Positions 11,474-23,068 of a stretch of DNA of 64,000 nucleotides are shown piece by piece (position 1 is the first letter of the stretch; the number at the start of each line of letters is the position of its first letter). The DNA comes from Amoebophrya sp. A120 (taxonomy: Eukaryota; Protista; Dinoflagellata), in contig CAJINV010000013.1 of NCBI GenBank assembly GCA_905178155.1, forward strand, positions 3,096,158-3,160,157, written 5' to 3'. The translations under genes and the position numbers were made by a program. The notes beneath the pieces were generated by a model. The model saw only the letters and a list, made by a program, of their open reading frames with translations. It had not been told where the DNA came from and made no database searches.

Positions 11474-13474
11474 ATGTTGTCCGTGATGCAAGGAAACACG
11501 GCGAGCCAGCTCGCGCGGGCCGTCAACCAGCAGTCAGCCACCACGTCAAGACCCATGATGCAGAGCCTTCGTTTTTTTTCCGCGAAGATAAAGCCAATGC
11601 GCGACCCGGCCCGCCCGTCGCCGCCGATGACTCCCTACTTTATGTATTTGGCGCAGTGGAGAAAGTCAGCTCCGGCAGACGTCAAGGGCAAGGATGCTGC
11701 GAAGGTCGCGGCCCAGCAGTGGAAGGCTCTCCCCGAAGCAGAGAAGGCGCCGTTTCTGCAGACCTACGAGCAAAAGAAGGCCACGTACTAGAGTTGTTCC
11801 AACATCATGCTTGGTCTTCGTTTTCCTTCGATTTAGTGCGGTAAATCCACAACTCTGTCATGCATGATGACAGTAATATACCGCACTTGTAATTTCGATC
11901 TTGAATCTGTGATGCAAAAAACGCAAAAGATACGACGCTGCCTTTCGTGAGTACAAGGAGTCCGGAAAGTTGGATGCGTGGAAAAGGGACCCAGAGAAGC
12001 CGAAGAAGCCTTTGACTGGTATTATGTCGGTTTCTCAAGATCGTCTTCACTTTCATAGAATTATGCGCAACACTCAAATCCACACGACAATAAAGAACTC
12101 CCTGTAGAAGTAGCTACGCTGTTGTTCTTTCTTCGAATTATATATATATGTCGTGGAGTTTCACAACAACAGGTTTTATGCGGTACTCCATGGAGTGGCG
12201 AAAGAGCAATGGCGCCGGGCTGAAAGCCACAGAAGTAACGAAGAAAGCGGCAGCTGCGTGGAAAGAACTCCCCGCGGACAAGAGAGCAGCCTACGATGGT
12301 GCCTACAAAACGGAGAAGGAATCGTATTTTATTTCTGATTTTGTTGATGCATGAGATTGAGATATTTGAAGGAGGTGGGTATTTTTCTCTTTTTAGGCAG
12401 AACAAATATGAAGTTGCACATTCAGAAACTTTTTCCTAATCCCAACAGGTATGACGTCGCCATGAAAAACTACAAATCTAGCGGCTTATGGAAGTGACTT
12501 TGTTATTGATGAAAGGGTTCTTGTGATGCAAACGCTGTAGTATGAGCACGGCACGGAATCCAAACAACGCTTGCACATACATGCCTATCGCGTCTGGCTG
12601 TCTGTATCTCATCAGAAGGCAAGACCTTTCTCATTGCATATCGCAAGGAGGCAGCGTTTAAGGAAAAGACGGGTATTGCTGCCAAGGAAAAGCAGGCGGC
12701 GGAGAAGAAAATGAAGGTATATTTGCCTGTGTGGATGTTTAGAGCAAAATGCGAGAAATTATGCACGAGATCAGATCACAACATCCGTGTTGCGTAGAAA
12801 CGCATGACAAAATACCCTTCATATTACAGATGAAGATGCGCACCATGGCCATGAAGACGAAGACCCGCATGCAGAAGAAGAAGATGCAGATGAAAATGCG
12901 GGCGCAGATATGAAAAAAAAACAGACGACTGTTGCCGTTTTTCCTCCGAAGCAGAAGTAAGTAGACAGACGGCAGAAATTGTGATGAAACATGAAACCCT
13001 CTGTGAGTTTCAATCTCTGTTCGCTCCACGGCGTGGTAACGGGTGTTTAACAGTAGAAATCTCAAGACTTTGCACGGGCTTCGAAGAGGAACTAGCAGCA
13101 GCTTTATCTGTGTATAAGAAAAAATGAAGATGAAGATGCAGGCCATGAAGAAAAAGAAGATGATGCGTGCCATGAAAATGAAGGAAAAGTCCAAGATGCG
13201 CATGAAAAAAATGAAGGTCGCCAAGGCGCAGCGGGAGGTAGTTAGGATGATCTTTACGGTTGTTTGACTTTATTTCCGGTCTGATCATTCTCTGACTCTG
13301 ATGGTGCTGCAGGATGTTTCAACTTGGTTTCAATTTTTGCTCGAGGTGGAAAAAAAAAGGCAATGAAAATAAAAACAGCTGAAGGCCCTGAATAGTCAGG
13401 CCAAGAAGCTGACCATGCTGGTCCGGCGTGCGGACAAGATGTCTATGAAGATGAAGAAGATGCAGAAGAAGTAG
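11474..13474 (+). CDS. Tandem HMG-box protein (TFAM/Abf2-like architecture) with predicted mitochondrial presequence and Met/Lys-rich C-terminal tail; 8 exons
   Basis: HMG boxes RDPARPSPPMTPYFMY...WKALPEAEKAPF and RDPEKPKKPLTGFMRY...WKELPADKRAAY. GT-AG introns 11785-11929, 12019-12172, 12324-12448, 12717-12829, 13238-13378. Non-GT introns at ~12484-12618/12644 and ~12908-13117. Stop TAG at 13472-13474. Confidence 0.8.
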
Positions 13475-14378
13475 GTCTAAGTCTGGACGTGCGCCGAACT
13501 GAAAGACAAAACTGCGCTTCGCATCGGATTTCCTGGGAGCATTTGCTCGTGGAGGGCAGTAAGAAGGGTAAAGCTACTTAATTTGAAATTTGTCGGAAAC
13601 TAAATACAAAGACTCCAGTTTTATCGAGATTTGTTCCTCAAGAATATTGATTGTGAAGGAATTTTTCATCAAAAGCTTACAGTAATTTAGGTTTCTCCAA
13701 GGTAAATATTCATGGCAATTTTTTGTTTGTGGTGCCACTTCTAAACCGTATTTTACTAACCCCCTCATCATGTTTTTCAATTTGTTATAGCTACACAACC
13801 TGATTTGTTACAAACTGACTTCACCCAGAACCACCCTATTGGTTATTGTCACAAAACAAAACTAATGATGTTTCGCTCGTTTATCGTCATCCTTGCAGCA
13901 ATAGCATCATTTCCACAGGTTCACGAAATTGTTTGAAAATTAAGGTTTGGCGCTGAATAAAATTATATCAAGTTGTCTGTTTTACAGAGAAACACCCAGG
14001 AATATTAGACTGCTGGCTCACATAGTGTGGTTTTATGCCCGCACCACGGCGGCATGGAAAAATGAAAATGAAAAATGTATATCTACGATTGAGCCTCAAG
14101 TTTCGGAACATCAGGAGGATATTATAGCAAGATTTTGGAAAACAAAAATTGACTTCGTCGTAGGCATAAGTGCGGTATCGCTTTAGGTGCGGTAGCACTC
14201 CACCGGGCTGCAGCACTCCCCCGTCTGGTTTTTCTCGTGGCCTATTCAGACCTCCACACTTCCTCCATGTGCACACAGCACGCATCAAATGATCTCGAAC
14301 TCAATCACGACCAAATCTTCTTTGCGATCACATTACGCGTCATGCTTTACAGATGTGATCACTGTGCTCGGATACAAA

Positions 14379-17300
14379 ATGCAGCAGCAGCTGCGGCTGT
14401 TGCTTGCGTTTTGTACTACTGACACCGTACTGCGGCCAGTATGGGCGATACCTCCGCTGGTAGGGAGTACCACTGGTGGCGCAGGTTCCACCCTCTCGCC
14501 TGTTCTCGAGGGTTCGCAATGCGGCGGAACGGGGGTAGACGTTGCGCAATTCTTGGTGGAGCAGCTGCACCAGAAAGGATCATTTGGGTCGACGTCCGGT
14601 AGCTTTTCCATTGGGACGAAGAGCGCTGGAGATGTTTCGTTTTTCTCAACGAAGCTGCATGAAGAAGACCCTGATCGTATCCAGCATGTCCGCATTTTTT
14701 TTGGCGCAGCGGAGTGCGCGCGGTACGAGGAACCTAGAAGTACAACTACCTCACCGACAGAAATAGACGGCAATGTTGCACGGGCGCTACAATCGATAGG
14801 CCGACATATCCTGAGGAAATGTGTCGAAACACCCCCCCTGCGACAGGCGAAGCCACAACTTCGCTCTTTGCAGTCTTTGCCTAGGAAGGTGAAAGTACCG
14901 ATCACGCTAGTAAGTGAGGAAGGATCATCATCTGAGGACACTCCTGCGGCTTCCACAATAAACACCAGTACCCGACTCATTGGCTACTTCATCTACAGCC
15001 GGGACAAGACACCGCTAATCGAAAAAGTGTGGCCGAACACGATTGTGGGCGACGATTTGATCCAGATTCACGGGCAGCGGCTGGAAAAAGCGGTGGCGTT
15101 TTTGCGAACAACTACACCTGGCAGAAGTGGGTCGTCCTCGTCGATAAAGACTCCCTGCATCGAGGTTCACAAACTGGAGCAAATCGAGAACCAGCAAGCA
15201 GGCTCCTGGGGTGGTGCGGGTAGTAGTGTAACTACAGCGATTCCTGGAGGTGATGAAGGAGATGTTGAGAGGACCTTTAGTAATACGGAATGGGGCGGCG
15301 CTTCCTTCCTCCCCCGTCGCTCAAGCTTAGCTCTGGAATGCCGCTTGCTGAGCACAAGCACAACGCTGCTTGGCGGTGTCGATCCCTCGTTAGAAACAAC
15401 CACCACGACAACATTTTCCGCGCCGAATAAGAACAACCTTCCAGCTGCAAGGACGCAGGGAGATGAATATCAACATGCAACCCCGACCGCCAGCGAGTTA
15501 GAAGTCTTCGACCCGGACTTCGGCCGGGCGTGTTTGATCGAGGGGGAACGTGATGAAATCACATTACTGCATGATTTGCGGCTGCAGTTTGTGCACAAAA
15601 TGCAGGAAGTAGTGCAGGAGCCGATCGGAATCAAAACGAAACGGTTGGCGGCACGGATTGCGAGCAGGGGCAGCGGCGCGGCCTCGCCGATGTCCGCTGG
15701 TGACCCGCGTCAACTTGGCGTGTCTCAACCTACGAAGATTTTTCCGCACCTTGTTCGACCCCACAACGACCTTCATGAAGTTAAGAGTCCCCCGTTATCA
15801 AACTTGAACCTGCTTTCCGATTTCCAAGACGAAGCGACGCAAGGTAGAAGTACGGCTGGTACAACCGCCACAAATCTCCCCTCCGGCTCTTTCGCGGGCG
15901 GAAATTTCCTGAGACTCGTCGGCCAGGGCTTTCAATCGGATGACGTGGTGGAAATTTGCGGCCGCGTGTGTGAAACGAAGAAGACAGGAATGAATAGTGC
16001 GCTGACGAGTGAGTTTCTCAACGTGAACTTCCTGAGCAATAACATCGTTCAAGAAGACTCGGAATTGCACAATGGTATCACCTCGTTTCAGTCGCGGGTG
16101 TGCGAAACGCCGGAAATGGATCTCGGATTGACTAGTTCATCTTCCGGGGGCGGTGGTGTTGTTGGCAGCGGAATCTTGGGATTCAGTGGAAGTACAACTA
16201 CCGCAGGATTTGGATCAATTCCAAGTTCAACATTCAGCACAGCCGCCGTTTCCACGCATTTTTCAGGAAGTGTTGCAGCTGCAGCTGCTACACTACCTGG
16301 ATCATCAACTTCTATGGATTTGACGCATTCTCCTGGTCCAACAGCACAATCGACGCAGCAGATAAAAACTCTCGCAAAAACTACTTCTATTTCCGACATG
16401 CCATTCCCTGATGCAAAAACCTGCGACATCGTGGTGAAACGCGCTGCGACGACGTCGACAGCTGCTCCGCTGCTCCCCGTCGCAGTTCTGAAAAACCAAT
16501 TCGAGTACAAGAGCTCTCTTACGCCGATGCTGACGGAAATGCAGAGGATTTCCAACTCGACACTACGAATCAAAGGGGACGCGAAGAAGCTCACCGGGGA
16601 TTTTACTCGCGTTTTCTGGAATGGTGTGGAGTGCGACAATGTCGCGAAAGAGGAGGATGGGTTGGAAGAAGAAGTAGAAGATGACACGACCGCGAATCAT
16701 GTCGACGCTGCGGTTTCTTTTCTGCAGAGGACTTCGCTGAAAAAAGGCGCTACTGCGAAGAGCAAGAAGCACAAAACGGAGAAGCGCAATCAAGAAGAAA
16801 GCCAGGCGAAAAAGAATAGAAGAATCAAGCACCACCATAGCCACAAAAAGTCTTCGCACAAAATGAATCACCGTGGAGGGCCGCAGAATCATTCATCAAA
16901 AATGAAGCATAAACATTCCATCGGCCGCATTCTAGCGCGGAAATTCGCTGCTCGACTCTTCCGGAAAAAGCTCCAGACCCGGTTTCTCAGCGCATTTGAA
17001 GCTCTCGTGTCGGACGTGCAGCGAGAGAAGAACCATGCTGGTGCGGAGTTGGAAGAGGCAAATGAAGATCTCCAAGATGATCATCGTCGTGACAGAAGAC
17101 TGCAGGAAAGGTTGAAGCGACTTTTGAAAAAGCGAACGCGGCGAGGACGAGCGCATCATCACCACGGTCATGCACAGAAGAAGAAGCATAGTACTACACA
17201 CGGCACTGACGAAGACGAAATCCCAGCCGGCTCAGCGGATGAAACAAGTTCTGGGTCTACCAGGATAAACGCCCGATACGTGGTTGTTAAGAAAAGCAAA

Positions 17301-17759
17301 AGTAGAACACCGATAGAAGCAGGATCCTCTTCATCTTCCCGCCCATCGCATGGAAGAACCAGGAGAAGAAAGCATAGAAAAAGGAAAAATAAGGACCAAG
17401 TGGAAATTTTCGTCACCTGCCAGGACATGTTCGCACCGGCGGGTAAGGTGCGGGTGTACGAACCCACAATCGGCTACGCGTTCGACGGAGTACCAAACAT
17501 GAGCGTCTTTCCAGAGGCGTTTCATGAGAAAGAGCAGCCGAAAAAAAGGCCGGCGTTTCTCCCGTCCTCGACTTCTGCGAGTGGCAACGAGGCAGGAAGA
17601 ACAACGTACGATCCGTTAAAATCCTATGCGGGGGAAAGGTGCGAAGTGGCGGAGTCGGATTGCCCGCCCGGCTGGGCCTGTTGCGAGTTGGAAGAGGGGG
17701 AGAGCCTGTTGCGGGCAGGTAGGAGTGTCACGAAGCACTGTGCACCGAGTTGTGTTTGA
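14379..17759 (+). CDS. Large secreted/surface protein with IPT/TIG-like repeats and a basic His/Lys/Arg-rich region
   Basis: CAAAATG start and signal-peptide-like N-terminus. Repeated IPT-like segments FIYSRDKTPLIEKVWP..G..IQIHG, GSFAGGNFLRLVGQGF..VEICGRVC and FEYKSSLTPMLTE..LRIKG..VFWNGVEC. Cys-rich C-terminus. Confidence 0.6.
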   Translation: MQQQLRLLLAFCTTDTVLRPVWAIPPLVGSTTGGAGSTLSPVLEGSQCGGTGVDVAQFLVEQLHQKGSFGSTSGSFSIGTKSAGDVSFFSTKLHEEDPDRIQHVRIFFGAAECARYEEPRSTTTSPTEIDGNVARALQSIGRHILRKCVETPPLRQAKPQLRSLQSLPRKVKVPITLVSEEGSSSEDTPAASTINTSTRLIGYFIYSRDKTPLIEKVWPNTIVGDDLIQIHGQRLEKAVAFLRTTTPGRSGSSSSIKTPCIEVHKLEQIENQQAGSWGGAGSSVTTAIPGGDEGDVERTFSNTEWGGASFLPRRSSLALECRLLSTSTTLLGGVDPSLETTTTTTFSAPNKNNLPAARTQGDEYQHATPTASELEVFDPDFGRACLIEGERDEITLLHDLRLQFVHKMQEVVQEPIGIKTKRLAARIASRGSGAASPMSAGDPRQLGVSQPTKIFPHLVRPHNDLHEVKSPPLSNLNLLSDFQDEATQGRSTAGTTATNLPSGSFAGGNFLRLVGQGFQSDDVVEICGRVCETKKTGMNSALTSEFLNVNFLSNNIVQEDSELHNGITSFQSRVCETPEMDLGLTSSSSGGGGVVGSGILGFSGSTTTAGFGSIPSSTFSTAAVSTHFSGSVAAAAATLPGSSTSMDLTHSPGPTAQSTQQIKTLAKTTSISDMPFPDAKTCDIVVKRAATTSTAAPLLPVAVLKNQFEYKSSLTPMLTEMQRISNSTLRIKGDAKKLTGDFTRVFWNGVECDNVAKEEDGLEEEVEDDTTANHVDAAVSFLQRTSLKKGATAKSKKHKTEKRNQEESQAKKNRRIKHHHSHKKSSHKMNHRGGPQNHSSKMKHKHSIGRILARKFAARLFRKKLQTRFLSAFEALVSDVQREKNHAGAELEEANEDLQDDHRRDRRLQERLKRLLKKRTRRGRAHHHHGHAQKKKHSTTHGTDEDEIPAGSADETSSGSTRINARYVVVKKSKSRTPIEAGSSSSSRPSHGRTRRRKHRKRKNKDQVEIFVTCQDMFAPAGKVRVYEPTIGYAFDGVPNMSVFPEAFHEKEQPKKRPAFLPSSTSASGNEAGRTTYDPLKSYAGERCEVAESDCPPGWACCELEEGESLLRAGRSVTKHCAPSCV

Positions 17760-19154
17760 TAGTATGAATTCTTTTGCGGGTCGATGCAGAGTGACGAGTC
17801 GAGCTCATGTTTTTTCCCAGCGCGCACTGCAATCTGCAGCGCGTTGATAGGTGTTTCTCGTACTGGCTCTCGAAAATTGTTGCTGCGAGTTGTAGTGACG
17901 CGGAACAATCGTAGTTCTCGCAGTGTCCATCAATGCTTTCAACGTTGTTGTACAGTCGCCGGTCCTAAAGCCACAGGTAGTGCAAGCTATGTCTACAACT
18001 GCTGTTGGTGAGTGTCCCTCCGTCAAACTCAAATCATGCTTCGAGAGGTTGGAGAGGCTGCGAGTGTGGTCGCTCGTGCTGGATACCGGGAGGTCTTTTC
18101 CAAGGAGCGAGCGTAGTTGAGGAAGAATGCGGAGGCAAGAAAGCAGACTAAAGCACTCACGCTTTATTGGTAGTTAAATTCGTGTCTGTCCTCGCAGTCG
18201 TGACTCTTTGTTGAAACAGTGCAATGGATTTTCGCAAAAAAAACTTTAGGAACTCCTTTTTTCCCTTTGGCGGTAGTGTCTTGTGGCACGACGAGCCTCC
18301 AAGTTTGTCGTGCCGGTTAGAAAATACGAATACCAAAATAGATAGTTTGTGGCGTTTCTGAATAGTTCTTCGTTCTTGTTAATATACGTGCAAGATTTAT
18401 GTCATTCGGCAATTTGAATTTTGAAAATTTTACGTCGTCCTTTAGCTTCGGCCTTATTCATTGACTGTTTCTTTCTACCGATAAAACGTTTACCCTACCT
18501 TGTTTCTTTCTGCCGATAGTGATCGTGTACAAAATAGAAAGCTTTCGCCACCTCCGAGAAAACAATTTTTTTTGCCACTTAGGACTGGACTCTTTCTCTT
18601 CTCACGTACGTAATGGAAATTTTGATGGTATGTAGTGTAGCGTAAAAATTGAACTATGCCTTGCATGTATGTAGAATTAGAAACCACTGTGATTACAGTC
18701 AAGGTTCTTGTGGTCGGTACTGGCAAAGAAAATTTATGATTTATGTGCCTTGAAGCCTTAACCTGTTATTTCTGAAGTTTACCTCTCTCCTCACTTGTTT
18801 GTTTCGAATTTTTAAAGCCGCTGTCTCTAACGTCTACGTCCTCAAGTTTCGGTTTTGATCTCTTCTCTTGGGTGTGTCTCTTCTAAGTGTAAACGAACTT
18901 TACCGTACTACGTTCAACTTCAATGTCATCCAGACAGACACAAAAAATCAAAACTTGTCAAAATTTTCTACAGCGCAATTATCACTATCACTGCGATTTT
19001 CTTTACTTCCACTTCCATTTCCTTACTTTTCAAGCACACTCGGTATTAGTTTCTCCGGTACATGAGCTGCCGGAGTGCTAGCCTCCCAGGCGCAGAACCG
19101 CTGTGAGTTTTCAGTCCCCTGCATCCGCACACGCCCACGACTGCTACTGCCAAA

Positions 19155-21081
19155 ATGTTGTGGAATAATTGGTGGCGATCCTGTTTTCCGTTTTTCCGGC
19201 GGTCGAGCTCGTCGGACGGGGCAACCGCTCTCGAAGAGTCTTCGAGTGCGGCAGCGGGTCGTGACGTCGGACCAGTTTCGGATCCGCTCGTGGTCCCTAT
19301 GGCGATTGATCACAATTACGACCAGGATGTTGATCTTCACTCTGGGAGGGAACAAAGATGTACAGCTCAAAAACATGCTGGTGAAAAGCAACACTCTTGT
19401 ACTAAGAGCAGCCGGGAGCGGGATAAAGACAACAAGCTTCTCGCACAGCCGCTCCTCGACCAGATGGAGCTTGAAAATAGCAACACGGCTGCTCCTCCTC
19501 CACTAATTTGTTCTAAGCCTCCACTTCCCCTCCCTCGCAACAGCGAGAGCGCGCAGTCTTTGCCAAGCTCGGAGGCAGAAACGGTAGCTTCGTCGGATGA
19601 GGTGACAGCAAATAGTGCAGGACCTCCGCTGGCTCTGCTGCAACGGGGGCAGCACAACAAAGTAGACGTCGGCAGTGGTAAAAATGGGTCCTCCTCCTCC
19701 GCAGGCGGTTCCTCCTCCTCCACGACCCCCTCTTCCGCCGGCTCCGCGAGTTCAGCCTCCTCTAGTGGCTCGTCCGGACGGAAGGAAGGCAGATCAACAG
19801 GAAACTACAATAGTTCCCAGCAGGAGACGTTGTTCCCTTCTGCAGAACATGTCAACACAGCCACGACCTCGTCTCCAACAGCCAAAGAACAAGAGGAGAG
19901 AAATATGGTACTACTGGAAGAGCAGACGCCCGAAGATCCGCAACAAATTCTTCACCGGTCGTCCAGCGGTCAAAATTTTCGGAGTAAGATGCTGCACCGG
20001 TTAAACAATGAGGGAATTCTGTTGAAGAAGGAGCAGCGAGCGCCGAAGTCGCAGTGCGTTCTGATCCTCGACTGGGACGACACGCTGCTGTGTACGAGCT
20101 ACTTTGCAGCACTGCAGATCCGGGAGAAGAGGATGACAATGAAGGACGAAGAAGCAATGGTGGTGCTGCAAGACCTCGTGCGGAGGCTCATCCTGTTTGC
20201 GAGGGAGATGGGTACAGACTCAAGTAATTTAAATTGCATCTCCAACTACCCTCTACGGTTGTGTTTGTGATCTGATTGGGTCGAGCTGTTGGTTTCTCAG
20301 CATGAAAAATGCAATGAGGATTTGGAAATCGAAATTAAAATTTGCATGACAAAAAAACTCAGGTTCCGTGTACATTATCACGAACGCGATGGAAGGGTGG
20401 GTCGAATACAGCTGCGAAAAGTGGCTCCCGAACTGTCTCAACTTAATCCAGCAGTTGCCCATCATCTCGGCCCGCGCGTACGAAAACCAATACGATGTGT
20501 CCATCTGGAAAACCATGGCGTTTCGGGAGATCTCGAAGAAGATGGACCAGCGACCCGTCACAAATCTGATCGCGATTGGGGATTCGGTATAGATTTTATT
20601 CGCAAAAAACAGACTGCCGCTATCTAATTGTGACGCGAGTTTTTTGGGGTTGGGAGCGTATTAAAATAAGACAAAATAGTTGTACTTTCTGGTGCATGGA
20701 ATTTTGCGATGCAATTTTCGCAACGACCCCGCTATAGCCGAACTTTCTTACCCATCGCAGATCTTCGAAATCCAAGCGGCCCACGACATGGCCGCGCACT
20801 TTCCGCAAAGTCTGGTGAAAACGGTGAAACTCGACCAGCGGCCTACACCCTCGAATTTGGTGAACCAGCTGCAGCTCGTACTGAAGAACGTGCCGAGTAT
20901 TGTTTTGTCGGGAAAAAACATGGAGGTGAGTTTCATGCGGACGAATAAACAAGTACAAGGAGGAACTTCTAGTGCTTGTAGCACCAATGCTGCACCACGG
21001 GAACAAAGCACTAATGGCACAGCACCTCCACCGGCGTCGGCGGTGTGCAGTGCAGCTAGTGAGAACAAGAGTGGAAGGTAG
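19155..21081 (+). CDS. HAD-superfamily hydrolase-like protein (DWDDTL type); join(19155..20211,20363..20586,20761..21081)
   Basis: Motif I LILDWDDTL, motif II YIITNA, WKTMAF, motif IV AIGDSIFE. GT-AG introns 20212-20362 and 20587-20760. Confidence 0.8.
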
Positions 21082-21911
21082 ATGAAGGATGTGACGCGGA
21101 GCTGCGTCATCTGCTACAACACCCTGCAGAAGTTTCGCGTTTTGGGCGGCGGGTGCAGGTCGCACAGACTATGCTGGTTCGCATGCGTTGAAATCGATCT
21201 TGATGTTTCAGCTTTTGACCTTTTGAACTGAACCCCATTTGAAAGACCGGAAGCAAGGAAAGTCAAGAAACCCGATGAAAATCTGTGCAGCAATGAATTC
21301 ATTTTTTCATTTACGAAACAATTTCCATTTCCCGCCCCCGGTGCCGTCTCATATCGGGAGGTCTTTCTGAAGATACTGCAACTAAAAACTATGTTTCACT
21401 GCGCGGTCGGCCTTTCTAAGTGTGTCCTGAAGTTCGTTGACATGTCTGTGGCAATGCGAAAAAAGATCACCCGGCAAGGGCACCTCCACTGCAAGTAGTT
21501 GATCAGTTTTTTTTGCTACGGCGTTCAACTACAACTGCGGCGCAAGAACGCGATCTATCTGACGCGTCACTAGCATCTTTCTCCAACGTAAGTAGTTATG
21601 CGATAGGTCCTCGTGCGGATAGGACATAAATATGGAAGGCCGCTCTGATGTTGATCCATTTGAGAAGGTCTTACTTAGACGAACCAGCGGCCTCCTGGAT
21701 GGGAGCAGGAGAACTATTTTTTTTCCGCTAATCAGTGATTGTGATCAGTTGATCAGTTCCCAACTTCTTCAATGTTTCCTTAACTCGGACTGACTACAAT
21801 TTTCGTATTACTGATTTCAACTACCATCTTCAACAAACTTTTTCGACCTGGTGGTTTTGCTTTTTCGAATCCTTTATCGAACAGTCTACGAACAAGTGTC
21901 TTTTTTAAAAC

Positions 21912-22398
21912 ATGAACTTCGGCGGCGGAGACAGTAGCGGCGCCGGGGCCGGCGCGAGTGCCGCACAACAGCAGCAAGCGCTGATGCAGATGCAGATACT
22001 ACAGGTGCAGAAGCTGCAGTGCAAAATACTGGGGAACTGCTTCTCAAAGTGCGTCTCGGATATGAGGGCGGAGCTGTCAAACGGGGAGCAAAACTGCATC
22101 TACCAGTGCACACACAGGCTCTTTGACTCACAGCTGTATATTCTTTTATGTTGCAGCATGTAGCCTGATGCTCGACATGTTGATAGATGATTTTGAAACT
22201 TCACCTCCATGGTGGATGATGTCAAAATTTTGTATAAGTACTCTTGCAACAAAAACAATGTAATGCCAGCAACGATGGTGCGATGCCGATGCTTGCCCGT
22301 ATGCATCCCATCTCTGAAGTGGACAAGAAATTCACTCTCTCAGGTTCTTGGAGAAGCGACTAGTAAGCCTAGGACAGAAAGTACAAGCGAGCGGCTGA
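21912..22398 (+). CDS. Mitochondrial small Tim chaperone (Tim8/Tim13-like); join(21912..22135,22344..22398)
   Basis: Twin CX3C (CFSKC...CIYQC). Removing GT-AG intron 22136-22343 gives the ending RLFDSQLFLEKRLVSLGQKVQASG*. Confidence 0.85.
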
Positions 22399-23068
22399 CG
22401 AGCGCCATAACACCTATCCATGCATCAACCGCTCGCGACATCAGCGACATCACGAAAAGAAGTAGATGCTTAAACGAGGAGCCCGATCTTGAGACTTGCC
22501 AAAAGAAGCGACACCAAAATAAAAAGGAGAAAAAACCACTACAACACGACGCTGCCAGGCGAGATAATTCCGAAAGCGCGACAAACTCTTGTTCTACCTA
22601 CAGCAGCACGAAGATCATGTAGCTCTAAATGCATGACTTTCGCTCTCGCTGCAAAATCGCGAAAAATCGATTGCGAACAATAGCTAGATCGTGATCCTCC
22701 ACATTAAGTTACGGTTGGAGATCCAACTTGTAGTTCTGTCGATACACAACAAGATGGGAGGTCCTCGCTCTGAAATTTGTATACCGGTGCATCTCGCATT
22801 TGCAAGTTTTATTGACGCTGACCTGTTCTTCACATTTTCATATTCTGCAGCACCCGGAACCAGACACGCAGCTCTTTCGTTGGAAGAAAGGTTCATCTTG
22901 CGAGAATCTTTTCCAAACAGAAGAGCTTCACCTTCCCTAGTACAGTTCCCCTTTCTTACCGCTCGAATACAGTACTTGATGTCTGTTGACCCCCACTTCA
23001 GTCGATTTCAATTTCATACTAGACCTCTTTAACCCTCTTCCCCCCAAGCCACCCCGATCATTTATACC

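Noticed and set aside
12739-13224. Very hydrophobic Phe/Ile/Met-rich minus-strand ORF
   Set aside because: It is the reverse complement of the ATG/AAG-rich Met/Lys exons of the HMG gene.
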